The notes: a model not told the origin generated them from the letters alone. DNA of 24,339 bases from Archangiaceae bacterium (GCA_043750125.1 JAYVCD010000100.1:1-24339), one strand, 5' to 3'. Positions 9,201 to 18,819 are shown, numbered from the stretch's first letter. Numbers and translations are program-made.

Positions 9201-9543
9201 GCTCGCCCCGCACCCGGCAGCGCTGGACGATGTGGGTGAGGTCCTGACCGTGCAGGTATTCCATCGCGATGAAGTAGGCACCTGCCTCGGTTCCCACGTC
9301 GGTGACACTGGCGACATTGGAATGACGCAAATCCGCCGCAGTGCGCGCCTCGTCCAGGAACATCTGCACGAAGTCTGGATTGCTCGCCAGGTGCGGAAGA
9401 ATTCGCTTCACCACCACCAGCTTTTCGAACCCCTCGAGGCCCCGCTGACGGGCAAGCCAGACTTCAGCCATTCCGCCGACCGCCAGTTGGCGCACCAAGC
9501 TGTACCTTCCGGCGATCAACATTTGGGAATCGACGGGGAGCAC
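6244..9543 (-). CDS. Ser/Thr protein kinase fused to a STAND (NB-ARC/AfsR-like) NTPase and TPR-like repeats
   Basis: Kinase motifs GGMAEV, VVKRI, HRDVSPQN, DFGIA, GKYAYMSPEQ, DLFSLG. NTPase motifs FVGR, Walker A GTAGEGKS, Walker B-like LLVLNHFE, GLPLAIEL and LSVFRGGF. Helical Ala/Leu-rich repeats follow. The start could instead be the ATG at 9522. Confidence 0.92.
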   Translation of the reverse strand: MLPVDSQMLIAGRYSLVRQLAVGGMAEVWLARQRGLEGFEKLVVVKRILPHLASNPDFVQMFLDEARTAADLRHSNVASVTDVGTEAGAYFIAMEYLHGQDLTHIVQRCRVRGERIPLQHVMQMVSDAAQGLDYAHRKVDRHGQAQQIVHRDVSPQNVLVTYEGATKVLDFGIASASHRTTHTDAGVVKGKYAYMSPEQFDGAALDARSDLFSLGVVLWELVTLQRLFWKPSDAETLRAVMECRVPRPSSLLPDCPEPLEELILNSLARSPSKRMGSCGDLAEALDALLEKMRLPHSPARVGSWLRGMFPEHTLDPTETPVVATTSGDAATRNEKLHHLPGSQTHRVASREGPGAGHRLPTGGSLPLRLNVVPALGPFVGRNFELAQLSTYFDQGARLVTVTGTAGEGKSRLAARFVELHPEHWKEKVWTVELSEARTPEAAARAVMMVCGLETDGVCETEQQLTMEVGRLLAGLGKGLLVLNHFELASGSIEQWLAAAPELSMLMTRSESLGLPHERVLPLSGLDADGSDSAAVRMFVSQFERAGGTAPSAASELDHVVQICALLEGLPLAIELVGARTDALNLGAIHEQLEAARAVNMTGAIDWTVALLSRPERRALSQLSVFRGGFTRAAAERIITLEPGEEVAFLLESLVRKSLLRAYVAPQAPGRLRFRLLQSVRATAAALLESNPAEAVLAHRNHSDWFLQLSEAWAEEMHGPASTERLAMLSVEQENLLEIFERAKATVPATADSTTLALRVLHGLDPWLIRTGLSGPHLSLLEQTISTATSSGAPKSIIARAMQARANVQISRGRPALALEGMTEALKIVREAKDPALEGRILCDWAQACFINADVDGAIAGLEQSLKMSRANGDVAFEVKALSLQAVVCVARRELTRALACCDEALPLARSRGDAVSEARVLGTVGSLFLEEQRTELARAFFSDAVARCEQANELALKGYFLGKLAQVLAQCGELAEAQLKLIEALRVLHQVGDLRHEGIFLSFSASLEALGGHPEQARLTIKAAESKLEMANDPLLLTAHALWKMQLGLGDGTSTPQKARTLLREVRTGQLDARPRVAQSDEVRLAALQLERTLGLAVA

Positions 9544-9555
9544 GGGCAGGCGTTA

Positions 9556-9571
9556 AGCATTCGTCATGCCA
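9556..9571 (-). promoter_or_regulatory. Candidate sigma-54 (-24/-12) promoter for the kinase-STAND gene
   Basis: The minus strand reads TGGCATGACGAATGCT: GG-N10-GC with a TGGCA core, against the consensus TGGCACG-N4-TTGCW. Confidence 0.5.
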
Positions 9572-9712
9572 CAGGGGCCGGCGTCGATGCGTCCCTTCTT
9601 CGACCGTAGCGATTCGCCGCACTGAGCGCAGACGCACATCAAAAAGACCCAAACCGTGGCAGAGATCTACGGGTTTGGCTTGGCGGGCGCGATCCGGGGG
9701 ACGGCCCACAAA

Positions 9713-12139
9713 ATGCACACCGGCTCGCCGGTGATCCCCATCTCTCTGCAGAGCGCACAGCTGCCCCACCCGGTTCGCCACGTCATTCGCAAGGTCGCGA
9801 TGCTTGGGAACCACGCCCCCCGGCAGTGCGGAATCGCGACTTTCACCACCGACCTGAGCGAAGCGATCTCGACCGAGTTCCCCCGCCTCGACTGCTTCGT
9901 GCTCGCGATGAACGACGCGGGCAAGCACCACGACTACCCCCCAAAAGTCCGGTTCGAAATCGCCGATGGAGACGTTGAGTCGTACCGCCGCGCCGCCGAC
10001 TTCCTCAACGTCAACACCGTCGACGTGCTCAGCGTGCAGCACGAGTACGGGATCTACGGAACCCGCGCCGGCGCCCACGTCCTCTCGCTGTTGCGCGAGC
10101 TTCGGATGCCGATCGTCACCACCCTGCACACCATCTTGAGCGAGCCCAACAGCACCCAGCGCGCCGTGATGGACGAGCTGACCCGGCTGTCTGAACGGTT
10201 GGTGGTGATGAGCGCGCACGGGGCGCAGTTGCTTCACGAAGTGCACGGGGTTCCGACGCACAAGATCGACCTCATTCCCCACGGGATTCCCCCGGTGCCG
10301 GTCGACCTCAGCAGCAAGGACCGGCTGGGAGTCGAAGGGAAGTCGGTGATCCTCACCTTCGGCCTGCTCTCCCCGGACAAAGGCATCGAGTACGTCATCG
10401 ACGCGATGCCGGCGGTGCTCGAGTGGTTTCCGAACACCGTCTACATCGTGCTCGGAGCGACCCACCCCCACGTCCGGGCCCAGCACGGCGAGACCTACCG
10501 TCACATGCTCGAAGATCGCGCCAAGCGACTGGGCGTCGACGGAAACATGATCTTCCACAACCGGTTCGTCAGCCTTCCCGAGCTGACCGAGTTCCTCAGC
10601 GCCGCGGACATCTACATCACCCCCTACCTCAAGGCCGAGCAGATCACCTCGGGCACCCTGGCCTACGCGCTGGGCTCGGGCAAAGCGGTGATCTCGACTC
10701 CGTATCTGTATGCCCGCGAGCTCCTCGCCGAAGGGCGCGGGCTGCTGGTCCCCCAGCGAGACCCGGCCGCCATCGCGCGCGAAGTGACCAACCTGCTGGG
10801 CGACGATGGGGCGCGAACCGCGATGCAGCAGCGGGCGATGGACTATGGCCAGCGCATGCTCTGGCCGGCCGTCGCCCAAAGCTACGTCGAGACCTTCGAG
10901 CGCGCGCGCACCGAGCACGCCGACAGCCTGCGGACCCGCTTTCAAGCCAGGACCCTTTCCAAGCGCACCGCCGCCTTGCCCGACATCAAGCTCGATCACC
11001 TTCGGCTGATGACCGACGAGACCGGCATGCTTCAGCACGCGACGTTCAGCGTGCCCCGCTACGACGAGGGCTATTGCGTCGACGACAATGCCCGGGCGCT
11101 GCTGCTGATCGCGCTGATTGAAGACGCCGGCGAAGTGGATCCCAAATCGCTGCGCGCATTGGGCGCCCGGTACCTGGCCTTCTTGAACCACGCCTTCAAT
11201 TCCAGGCAGGGGCGGTTTCGCAATTTCATGTCGTACTCGCGTCAGTGGCTCGAAGAGAGCGGCTCGGAAGACAGCCATGGGCGCTCGCTGTGGGCGCTGG
11301 GCACCGTGGTCGGGCGCAGTGGAGATCCCGGCCGAGCCAGCCTCGCCGGAAGCCTGTTTCACTCTGCGCTGCCGGCCGCCGAGGGGTTCACCAGCCCCCG
11401 CGCCTGGGCGTTCACCCTGCTCGGCCTGGGCGAGGCCCTGCGGGCGTACGAGGGCGATACCCGACTGCAAGCGATGCGGGACACGCTGTCGAACCGGCTG
11501 TTCGACCTGTTCCAGCGCGCCAGCGACAGCCAATGGCCCTGGTTTGAAAATCGCGTCACCTATTCGAACGCCCGGCTTTCGCAGGCGCTGATCGTCTCGG
11601 GCGCTTCGATGCGAGACGACGCGATGCTCGCCGCGGGCCTCAAGTCACTCGAGTGGCTGACCAAGATTCAGACCGGGGAGCACGGCGTCTTTTCGCCCAT
11701 CGGCAGCAACGGGTTCTACGAGCGCGGGCTGCCTCGGGCCGAGTTCGACCAGCAGCCGGTCGAAGCGGCCGCGATGGTCTCGGCCTGCATCGAGGCTCAG
11801 CGCATCACCCACGACCCCCTCTGGGCCGAGCGCAGCCGGCGGGCCTTCATGTGGTTCCTCGGGCAGAACGTCTTGATGCAGCCGCTGTATGACCCCACCA
11901 CCGGGGGTTGCCGCGATGGGCTCCACGCCTCCCGGGTCAACGAGAACCAGGGGGCCGAGTCGAGCCTCTCTTTCCTGCTCGCGCTGCTCGAGATGCGGCT
12001 GGCCGACCGGGTGAGCGCCTCGAGCTCGATGCCTGCGACGCACATTGAGACTGCGCTTCGTCCGTCGAGACTGCCCCACCTGGAGCCGGCGGCGCGACCC
12101 CGCCCTTCGTCTCCCTCAGCCCAGGAACGAACCTCATGA
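9713..12139 (+). CDS. Glycosyltransferase family 4 fused to a C-terminal glycosidase-like (probable alpha/alpha-barrel) domain
   Basis: GT-B motifs PRQCGIATFT, QHEYGIYG, TTLHT, FGLLSPDKGIE, QITSGTLAYA, KAVISTPY. The C-terminal domain has DDNARAL, EDSHGR, YSNARL, FDQQPVE, GCRDGL and NQGAES. The start is uncertain (9656, 9713 or 9731). Confidence 0.9.
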   Translation: MHTGSPVIPISLQSAQLPHPVRHVIRKVAMLGNHAPRQCGIATFTTDLSEAISTEFPRLDCFVLAMNDAGKHHDYPPKVRFEIADGDVESYRRAADFLNVNTVDVLSVQHEYGIYGTRAGAHVLSLLRELRMPIVTTLHTILSEPNSTQRAVMDELTRLSERLVVMSAHGAQLLHEVHGVPTHKIDLIPHGIPPVPVDLSSKDRLGVEGKSVILTFGLLSPDKGIEYVIDAMPAVLEWFPNTVYIVLGATHPHVRAQHGETYRHMLEDRAKRLGVDGNMIFHNRFVSLPELTEFLSAADIYITPYLKAEQITSGTLAYALGSGKAVISTPYLYARELLAEGRGLLVPQRDPAAIAREVTNLLGDDGARTAMQQRAMDYGQRMLWPAVAQSYVETFERARTEHADSLRTRFQARTLSKRTAALPDIKLDHLRLMTDETGMLQHATFSVPRYDEGYCVDDNARALLLIALIEDAGEVDPKSLRALGARYLAFLNHAFNSRQGRFRNFMSYSRQWLEESGSEDSHGRSLWALGTVVGRSGDPGRASLAGSLFHSALPAAEGFTSPRAWAFTLLGLGEALRAYEGDTRLQAMRDTLSNRLFDLFQRASDSQWPWFENRVTYSNARLSQALIVSGASMRDDAMLAAGLKSLEWLTKIQTGEHGVFSPIGSNGFYERGLPRAEFDQQPVEAAAMVSACIEAQRITHDPLWAERSRRAFMWFLGQNVLMQPLYDPTTGGCRDGLHASRVNENQGAESSLSFLLALLEMRLADRVSASSSMPATHIETALRPSRLPHLEPAARPRPSSPSAQERTS

Positions 12140-13104
12140 CCCGATCTCGGGGGTACGAAACCCTCTTCGAGCGGCACCCGAAGAACCCGCTGCTCACCGC
12201 TGCGATGTGGCCCTACCCCGCCCATACGGTCTTCAACGCCGGAGCGACCCGGCTGAAGGACGGCAGCACGTTGCTGCTGGTACGGGTCGAAGATCGCACC
12301 GGGCACTCGCACCTCACCGCGGCGCGCTCGAAGAATGGCGTCGACCACTGGGTCGTCGACTCAGAGCCCACGGTGCGTGCCGACCCCGAGAGGTACCCCG
12401 AAGAGCTGTGGGGCATCGAGGATCCCCGAATCACGTATGTCGACGAGCTCCGCAAGTACGTCATCACCTATACCGCGTTCGGGAAGGCCGGCCCGGGGGT
12501 CGCGCTGATGGTGACCGAGGACTTCAAGAACTTCGAGCGCTACGGCCTGGTAATGCAGCCGGACGACAAAGATGCGGCGCTGCTCCCGAGGCGAATCGAC
12601 GGCAACTTCGCCCTCATCCACCGGCCGGTGCACCTGAGCGAAGCAGGCGCCCACATCTGGATGTCCTATTCCCCCGACTTGAAGAACTGGGGAAATCACA
12701 AGCTCATCCTCCAGGCCCGGCGCGGCGCCTGGTGGGACGCGAACAAGATCGGCTTGTCGCCCCCGCTGATCGAGACCCCACGCGGCTGGCTGATGCTCTA
12801 CCACGGGGTTCGCAACACCTGCGCCGGCAGCCTGTACCGGTTGGGCATTGCACTATTCTCGCTGGAAAAACCCGACGAGTGTCTGCTGCGCGGGAATGAG
12901 TGGATCTTCGGACCTGAAACACCTTATGAAAAAACCGGAGACGTAGACAACGTAGCGTTTCCCTGCGGCTTCACGATCGCCGACGACGGCGATACCCTCA
13001 ACCTGTATTACGGCGGCGCCGACACCAGTATGTCGCTCGCCACCGGAAGCATTAAAAGGCTCCTCGGCTGGCTCGATGAGCACGGCACCGCGCCGACTCG
13101 CTGA
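12136..13104 (+). CDS. Glycoside hydrolase family 130 protein (beta-mannoside phosphorylase/glycosidase)
   Basis: VFNAGA, GIEDPRIT, DKDAALLP, HRP, KIG, LYHGV, NVAFPCG and YYGGAD motifs. ATGA overlap with the GT4 stop. Confidence 0.92.
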   Translation: MTRSRGYETLFERHPKNPLLTAAMWPYPAHTVFNAGATRLKDGSTLLLVRVEDRTGHSHLTAARSKNGVDHWVVDSEPTVRADPERYPEELWGIEDPRITYVDELRKYVITYTAFGKAGPGVALMVTEDFKNFERYGLVMQPDDKDAALLPRRIDGNFALIHRPVHLSEAGAHIWMSYSPDLKNWGNHKLILQARRGAWWDANKIGLSPPLIETPRGWLMLYHGVRNTCAGSLYRLGIALFSLEKPDECLLRGNEWIFGPETPYEKTGDVDNVAFPCGFTIADDGDTLNLYYGGADTSMSLATGSIKRLLGWLDEHGTAPTR

Positions 13105-13142
13105 ACTCACCTTTTCAAACTATAAACCTCGAGGCTTCAACG

Positions 13143-14521
<1,379 letters not shown>

Positions 14522-14525
<4 letters not shown>

Positions 14526-15190
14526 GCCCTCCACTCGTCAAGCCCCGATTTCTGGCGCAGCTGGCACACGACCTGCGGTCGCCGCTGAATGTCGTCGCGA
14601 GCACGCTCACCGACCTGATTCGCGAGCCGTCGGATCTCAACCCGACCGATCGCGCCTTGATGCTGACGCTGTCGCAGCGCGCGGTGGCGCGGCTGGTGGG
14701 CCTGTCTGATCGCCTCAGCCTGGCCTCTCGCGTCGGGAACGGGCTCGAGGCCACGCTGCAGCCTTTCGACCTGGTCGCGCTCACCCGGCAGACGCTCGAG
14801 ACTTTCATCGCGGGCGAGCTGCGCCGGCGCATCGAGGTCGTCACCACTTTTGCCGATTCACCCGCGATGGTCCGCGCGGACCTGGTGCTCCTGCCGATGC
14901 TGCTCCGAGAGCTCTTCAGCAATGCCAACCGGCACGCGCGCCGCCAGTTTCGGGTCACAGTGACCGGCGGTTCGATGCCGGGGGTTGCCGTCGAGGACGA
15001 CGGCGAGGGAATCCCAGTCGAAGAACGGCCGCTGATCTTCGAGCCGTTCGCCGAACGACGCAGCCGCACCGGCCTGGGAATGGGCTTGTGGCTGGCAAAG
15101 GCTCTGGCCGAGATTCAATTCGGAGTACTGACCGTCGAATCGCGTTCACCGGGCACCCGCCAGTCTCTGCAGCTTCCACTTCTCAAATGA
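14522..15190 (+). CDS. Sensor-less histidine kinase (HisKA + HATPase_c)
   Basis: H-box LAHDLRSPL, N-box ELFSNA, G1 EDDGEGIP, F-box IFEPF, G2 GLGMGL. ATGA overlap with the NtrC stop. Confidence 0.9.
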
Positions 15191-15552
15191 AGCGCGTGTT
15201 GGTGGTCGACGACGAGACAGACCTGGCAGACCTCCTGGCGATCCAGCTCACCCGGGCCGGCTTCGAGGTCCGGTGTGCGGACGCGTTGCAATCGGCAAAG
15301 CGGGTCAGTCAGGAAGGGACGTTCGACGTCCTCGTCACCGATCTCCACTTGCCCGATGGAGACGGCGTCGACGTAGCGCGCTCGGTGGGCATTGCGATCC
15401 GCCTCGCGCTCACCGCCTCGAGCGCCGAATCTGATGCGAAGCGGCTGTTGAGCGAAGGCTTCGCCGCAGTGCTGACCAAGCCGGTGTCCGCGAAGGTGCT
15501 GGTGGACGCGATCAACGATGCGATCGCCCGCGCTGAAGTTGCCCCAGCCTGA
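15187..15552 (+). CDS. Single-domain response regulator (CheY-like receiver)
   Basis: The ATG at 15187 overlaps the kinase stop (ATGA). MKRVLVVDDE, phosphoacceptor LVTDLHLP, LTA and TKP; 121 aa. Confidence 0.9.
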   Translation: MKRVLVVDDETDLADLLAIQLTRAGFEVRCADALQSAKRVSQEGTFDVLVTDLHLPDGDGVDVARSVGIAIRLALTASSAESDAKRLLSEGFAAVLTKPVSAKVLVDAINDAIARAEVAPA

Positions 15553-15624
15553 GGCAACGGGCCTCTGTTGGGGCGGAAAAGCACTCCACTTCCGCTGACT
15601 GCGTCTGATTACAATCGGACTGCG

Positions 15625-15640
15625 CGGCACACGCGGTGCA
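15625..15640 (+). promoter_or_regulatory. Candidate sigma-54 promoter for the second Ser/Thr kinase
   Basis: CGGCACACGCGGTGCA gives GG-N10-GC with GGCAC and TGCA. An imperfect palindrome TCTGATTACAATCGGA (15604-15619) precedes it. Confidence 0.4.
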
Positions 15641-15652
15641 CACATCCCCGGC

Positions 15653-17161
15653 ATGGTTCCGCCGGACGCAGATCCCATCATCGGTCTCGAGCTTCACGGG
15701 TTTATCGTGACCCACGCCCTTCGCAGCGGCGGAATGGGAAATGTGTACGAAGCGAAACACCCTTTGATCGGCCATCGGGTGGCAGTGAAAGTGCTGCGCC
15801 CCGAGCTGTGCGGCAAAGGTGAAATCAGTGCCCGATTTCTTTGCGAGGCGCGCGCGATGACCGCGGTGAAGCACCGCAACATCATCGAGATTCACAACTT
15901 CGGTCACCTGCCTTCGGGCGCGGCGTACATGACGATGGAGTTGGTCGAGGGCGAGACGCTGAGCGAGATCATCGGGCGCGAAGCTCCGATGAGCCCGGTG
16001 CCGGCGCTGCAGCTGTGCAAACAGATTCTGGCGGGTCTCACGGCAGCCCACGCGGTCGGAATCGTGCACCGGGACCTGAAGCCCGGAAACATCGTGCTGA
16101 TGAAAGATTCGAGCGGCGAGCTGGTGCTGAAGATCCTCGACTTCGGTCTGGCCCGCCCAGCCGACGCCCGTTCGGAAGCTCCGTCGACTGCTTCTTCTGA
16201 TGACGCTGCAGAAGACCGGACCAGCCTCATCGCGGGCACGCCCGAGTACATCAGCCCCGAGCAGGCCTCGGGAAAGGCCGTCGACGGAAAGGGCGACCTC
16301 TACGCGTTGGGGGTCATTCTGTTCGAGATGCTCACCGGCCGTCTCCCGTTCGACGCCGAATCGGCGTGGGATCTGCTGCAGCTGCATCGTTCAGCAGTTC
16401 CGCCGCTGGTCAGCGCGCACGTCAGCGACATTCATCCCCAGCTCGACGCCCTCGTCGATCAGCTGTTGAGCAAAGACCCGGCGAAGCGTGCCGAATCGGC
16501 TAAGGCCCTTCGCGCGACGGTGGACAAGATTGAGGAGGTGATTGTCGCGATGCCTCCCGTCGTCACCCCGCTGTTGGGCCCGGTGGTTCGGCAGGTTCAC
16601 GTTCCGGTGGCCCCCGTCAAAACGGCTCGCAAGAGTCGAGTCGCTGGGCGCGCTGCGGGCATCGCGTTGCTGGTGGGCGCCGCCAGCGCGCTCGCCCTCA
16701 GCTTTACGTCTTCGGACGCTGCGGGACCGCGGCTCCTGCCGATCGCTGCGAAGGAAGCTCCTGCGCCCATTGTCGACCGCGTTCCAGAAGCCCAGCCGGC
16801 TGCCCCCCAGGCCCAGGTCGTCTTCAGCGAACCTTCCCTCAAAACCCTCGCCGCCGTGGTTCCTCCGATGCGCAAGCCGCCGCCTCCGGTTCAGAAGCCG
16901 CGCGGGAAGATCGCCCAGGCCCGAGCCGCACCGAAAGCGACGTGCGAAGTGAACGAGACCTGGAAGCTTCGACTGCTGCAACAGCTCGAACAGCTCGAGC
17001 AACTTTCGCTCGCTGCACTGCCTGACAACGGAAACCCTTCGATCGTCGCCGGCGTGAAGAGCAGGGCCCGCACGCTCGCGGCTGCCGTCGGGTCGGCCCA
17101 GGGCTCCTCTTGTGCCCAGGTCGAAGGCCAGGTGTCCGCCTGGAGAGCGTCCCTCAAGTGA
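15653..17161 (+). CDS. Membrane-anchored Ser/Thr protein kinase
   Basis: GGMGNVY, VAVKVL, HRDLKPGN, DFGLA, GTPEYISPEQ and DLYALG. A hydrophobic segment AAGIALLVGAASALALSF is followed by a Pro/Ala linker and a small two-Cys C-terminal domain. Confidence 0.93.
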   Translation: MVPPDADPIIGLELHGFIVTHALRSGGMGNVYEAKHPLIGHRVAVKVLRPELCGKGEISARFLCEARAMTAVKHRNIIEIHNFGHLPSGAAYMTMELVEGETLSEIIGREAPMSPVPALQLCKQILAGLTAAHAVGIVHRDLKPGNIVLMKDSSGELVLKILDFGLARPADARSEAPSTASSDDAAEDRTSLIAGTPEYISPEQASGKAVDGKGDLYALGVILFEMLTGRLPFDAESAWDLLQLHRSAVPPLVSAHVSDIHPQLDALVDQLLSKDPAKRAESAKALRATVDKIEEVIVAMPPVVTPLLGPVVRQVHVPVAPVKTARKSRVAGRAAGIALLVGAASALALSFTSSDAAGPRLLPIAAKEAPAPIVDRVPEAQPAAPQAQVVFSEPSLKTLAAVVPPMRKPPPPVQKPRGKIAQARAAPKATCEVNETWKLRLLQQLEQLEQLSLAALPDNGNPSIVAGVKSRARTLAAAVGSAQGSSCAQVEGQVSAWRASLK

Positions 17162-17674
17162 AAGTGCTGATCGCGATCGCGGCTTTGGGGCTGGCCTCGC
17201 TCGCGCTCGCCGAAGAAAGGCGGGTGGCCGTTCATCCTTTGGATGCCCGCGAGCTGACCGTCGAGCAGCGCGAATGGCTGAAGGCTTTTTTTGACGTGAG
17301 ACTCGCCCGGACGGTCGGGGTCCGCACCGCCGGCAGCAGCAGAATCGACGAAGCGCTGCAGACCGCGAAGGGCAAGGACTGCGAAACGAAAGACAGTTGT
17401 CTGCGCTACCTCGCCGAGGCGACGGGCTCGCTTTATGCAGTTTACGCAGGTCGCTCGTGCCGGAAGCGTGGCGCTGCAGGGGCAGGCCGGCACCGTGCTG
17501 ATCCCGATGGGAGTCGCCCTCGGACTGGGCGGCGCCTTGTTGGCCCTGTGGCATGAATCCCGTCGGGTCGACGTTTCTCTCACCGCGGGCCCCGGGGGCG
17601 GCGGTATCCACGTCGGCGGAGCGCGGTGCGACTTGGCGAAGCGGTCGGAGGCGGCGATGGTTCTCCGACCGTGA
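17158..17674 (+). pseudogene. Internally deleted, frameshifted secreted-protein gene (resembles myxobacterial PEGA-type proteins)
   Basis: The GTG at 17158 overlaps the kinase stop and starts MKVLIAIAALGLASLALAEERRVAVHPLDA...CETKDSCLRYLAEATGSLYAVYA. At about 17447 the protein-like sense moves to another frame: ...GTVLIPMGVALGLGGALLALWHESRRVDVSLTAGPGGGGIHVGG. Confidence 0.55.
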
Positions 17675-18172
17675 GCGCGCCCGGCCCCACCCAACGCATC
17701 TACGTCGGCGCGCTCGAAGTTCTTGGCGGAAGGCTCTACGGCTTCAGCCCCGCCGGAGCTCAACAAGGCCTCTGCAGTCTTTCGCTGCTGGCCACCCCCG
17801 AGGCCTCGCCCGTGGTGCTCACCGGAGGAGGCGCGGCGTTCTATTCCAATGGCGTCCGGGCGCTGGTTTCCTTGCTGCCCGGCGCTGCTCCCGCCTGCCT
17901 TTCCAAAGCCACCTCGTTCGATGTTTCGTTTCCCGGCAACCTCGTCGCGGACGCAGACACCGTCTACTTCCGCTTTCGGCCTCACCTGGGTCGGGATCCC
18001 CACTGGAATCTCAGCCGTCACCGCGACCGGGGCGACCATCGGCGCCGGTGACCCGATTCGCAATGCCCCCGCGCTGGGTCAGGGCGGCCTCCTGTTCGCC
18101 CTCGCCGACAACGGCTCGATTAGCCAGTGGTCCTCGAGCAGTCAGCTGCCCGTGACCTTTCCGCCTCACTGA
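17620..18172 (+). pseudogene. Fragments of a beta-propeller-like (PQQ-repeat-type) protein, frameshifted
   Basis: One frame gives SPTVSAPGPTQRIYVGALEVLGGRLYGF...SPVVLTGG...NLVADADTVYF. After about 17968 another frame gives ...PIRNAPALGQGGLLFALADNGSISQW. There is no credible start or RBS. Confidence 0.45.
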
Positions 18173-18226
18173 GGCGCGACTCCAGGCCGCTTCGAACCTT
18201 TTCGCTCTTATTCCCCACGCATCGCT

Positions 18227-18243
18227 CTGGCCGTCGCTTTGCA
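18227..18243 (+). promoter_or_regulatory. Candidate sigma-54 (-24/-12) promoter for the lipoprotein/lmo0937/DUF4398/OmpA operon
   Basis: CTGGCCGTCGCTTTGCA has GG at 18229-30, N10, GC at 18241-42 and a canonical TTGCA. It is intergenic, about 110 nt upstream of the ATG at 18351. Confidence 0.65.
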
Positions 18244-18350
18244 CAAGGGGTCTGCCGGTAACGCACACGGGCCGAGGGGGCACCGGATTGAGTTCGGAAT
18301 TTTCCCCGGCCCGTGCGCGCGTTCGCAGCGTCTTTCAAAAAGGACTTCCT

Positions 18351-18632
18351 ATGAATCGGTTTCTCGCAAGCGGCGCACTGATGATCGGGTTGGCCCTGTC
18401 GAGCTGCGGCGTCGACGCCGCCGTCGACTGCCAGGGCATCTGCACCCGCTACCGAACCTGCTTCAACTCCGGCTACGACGTTCAGGCTTGTGAAGAACGG
18501 TGCCGCTCGAACGCGGCGGCCGACAAGACCTACAAAGCCAAAGCAGACACCTGCAAGAGCTGTATCGACAGAAACAGCTGCACTGCAGCCGCCTTCACCT
18601 GCAGCTCGGACTGTCTTGCCATCGTCCCCTAA
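18351..18632 (+). CDS. Small Cys-rich lipoprotein (hypothetical, 93 aa)
   Basis: RBS AAAGGA. MNRFLASGALMIGLALSS|C lipobox, then 10 further Cys, including CxxxC and CxxC pairs. Confidence 0.85.
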   Translation: MNRFLASGALMIGLALSSCGVDAAVDCQGICTRYRTCFNSGYDVQACEERCRSNAAADKTYKAKADTCKSCIDRNSCTAAAFTCSSDCLAIVP

Positions 18633-18666
18633 TTTCTCACCCTTTCCCCTCACCAAAGGATTCCCC

Positions 18667-18819
18667 ATGCTCTGGACTGTCGCCGTCATCCTCCTCGTTC
18701 TCTGGGCGCTTGGAATGGTCACCTCCTACACGATGGGAGGTCTGCTCCATATTCTGCTCGTCGTTGCCGTGGTCGTCGTTCTCGTCCGCGTGATTCAGGG
18801 CCGAAAAGTTCTCAGCTGA
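18667..18819 (+). CDS. lmo0937-family small membrane protein (50 aa)
   Basis: RBS AAAGGA. MLWTVAVILLVLWALGMVTSYTMGGLLHILLVVAVVVVLVRVIQGRK matches the family pattern LWxLG...GGxxHxLLV. Confidence 0.9.
   Translation: MLWTVAVILLVLWALGMVTSYTMGGLLHILLVVAVVVVLVRVIQGRKVLS

Noticed and set aside
9656-9712. Sigma-54 promoter for the GT4-GH130 operon
   Set aside because: The TGGC cores here either lack GC at the required spacing or have no TTGC-like -12 element.
9464-11533. 689-aa minus-strand ORF
   Set aside because: It is an antisense shadow of the GT4 gene with no motifs. Long antisense frames are expected with strong GC3 bias.
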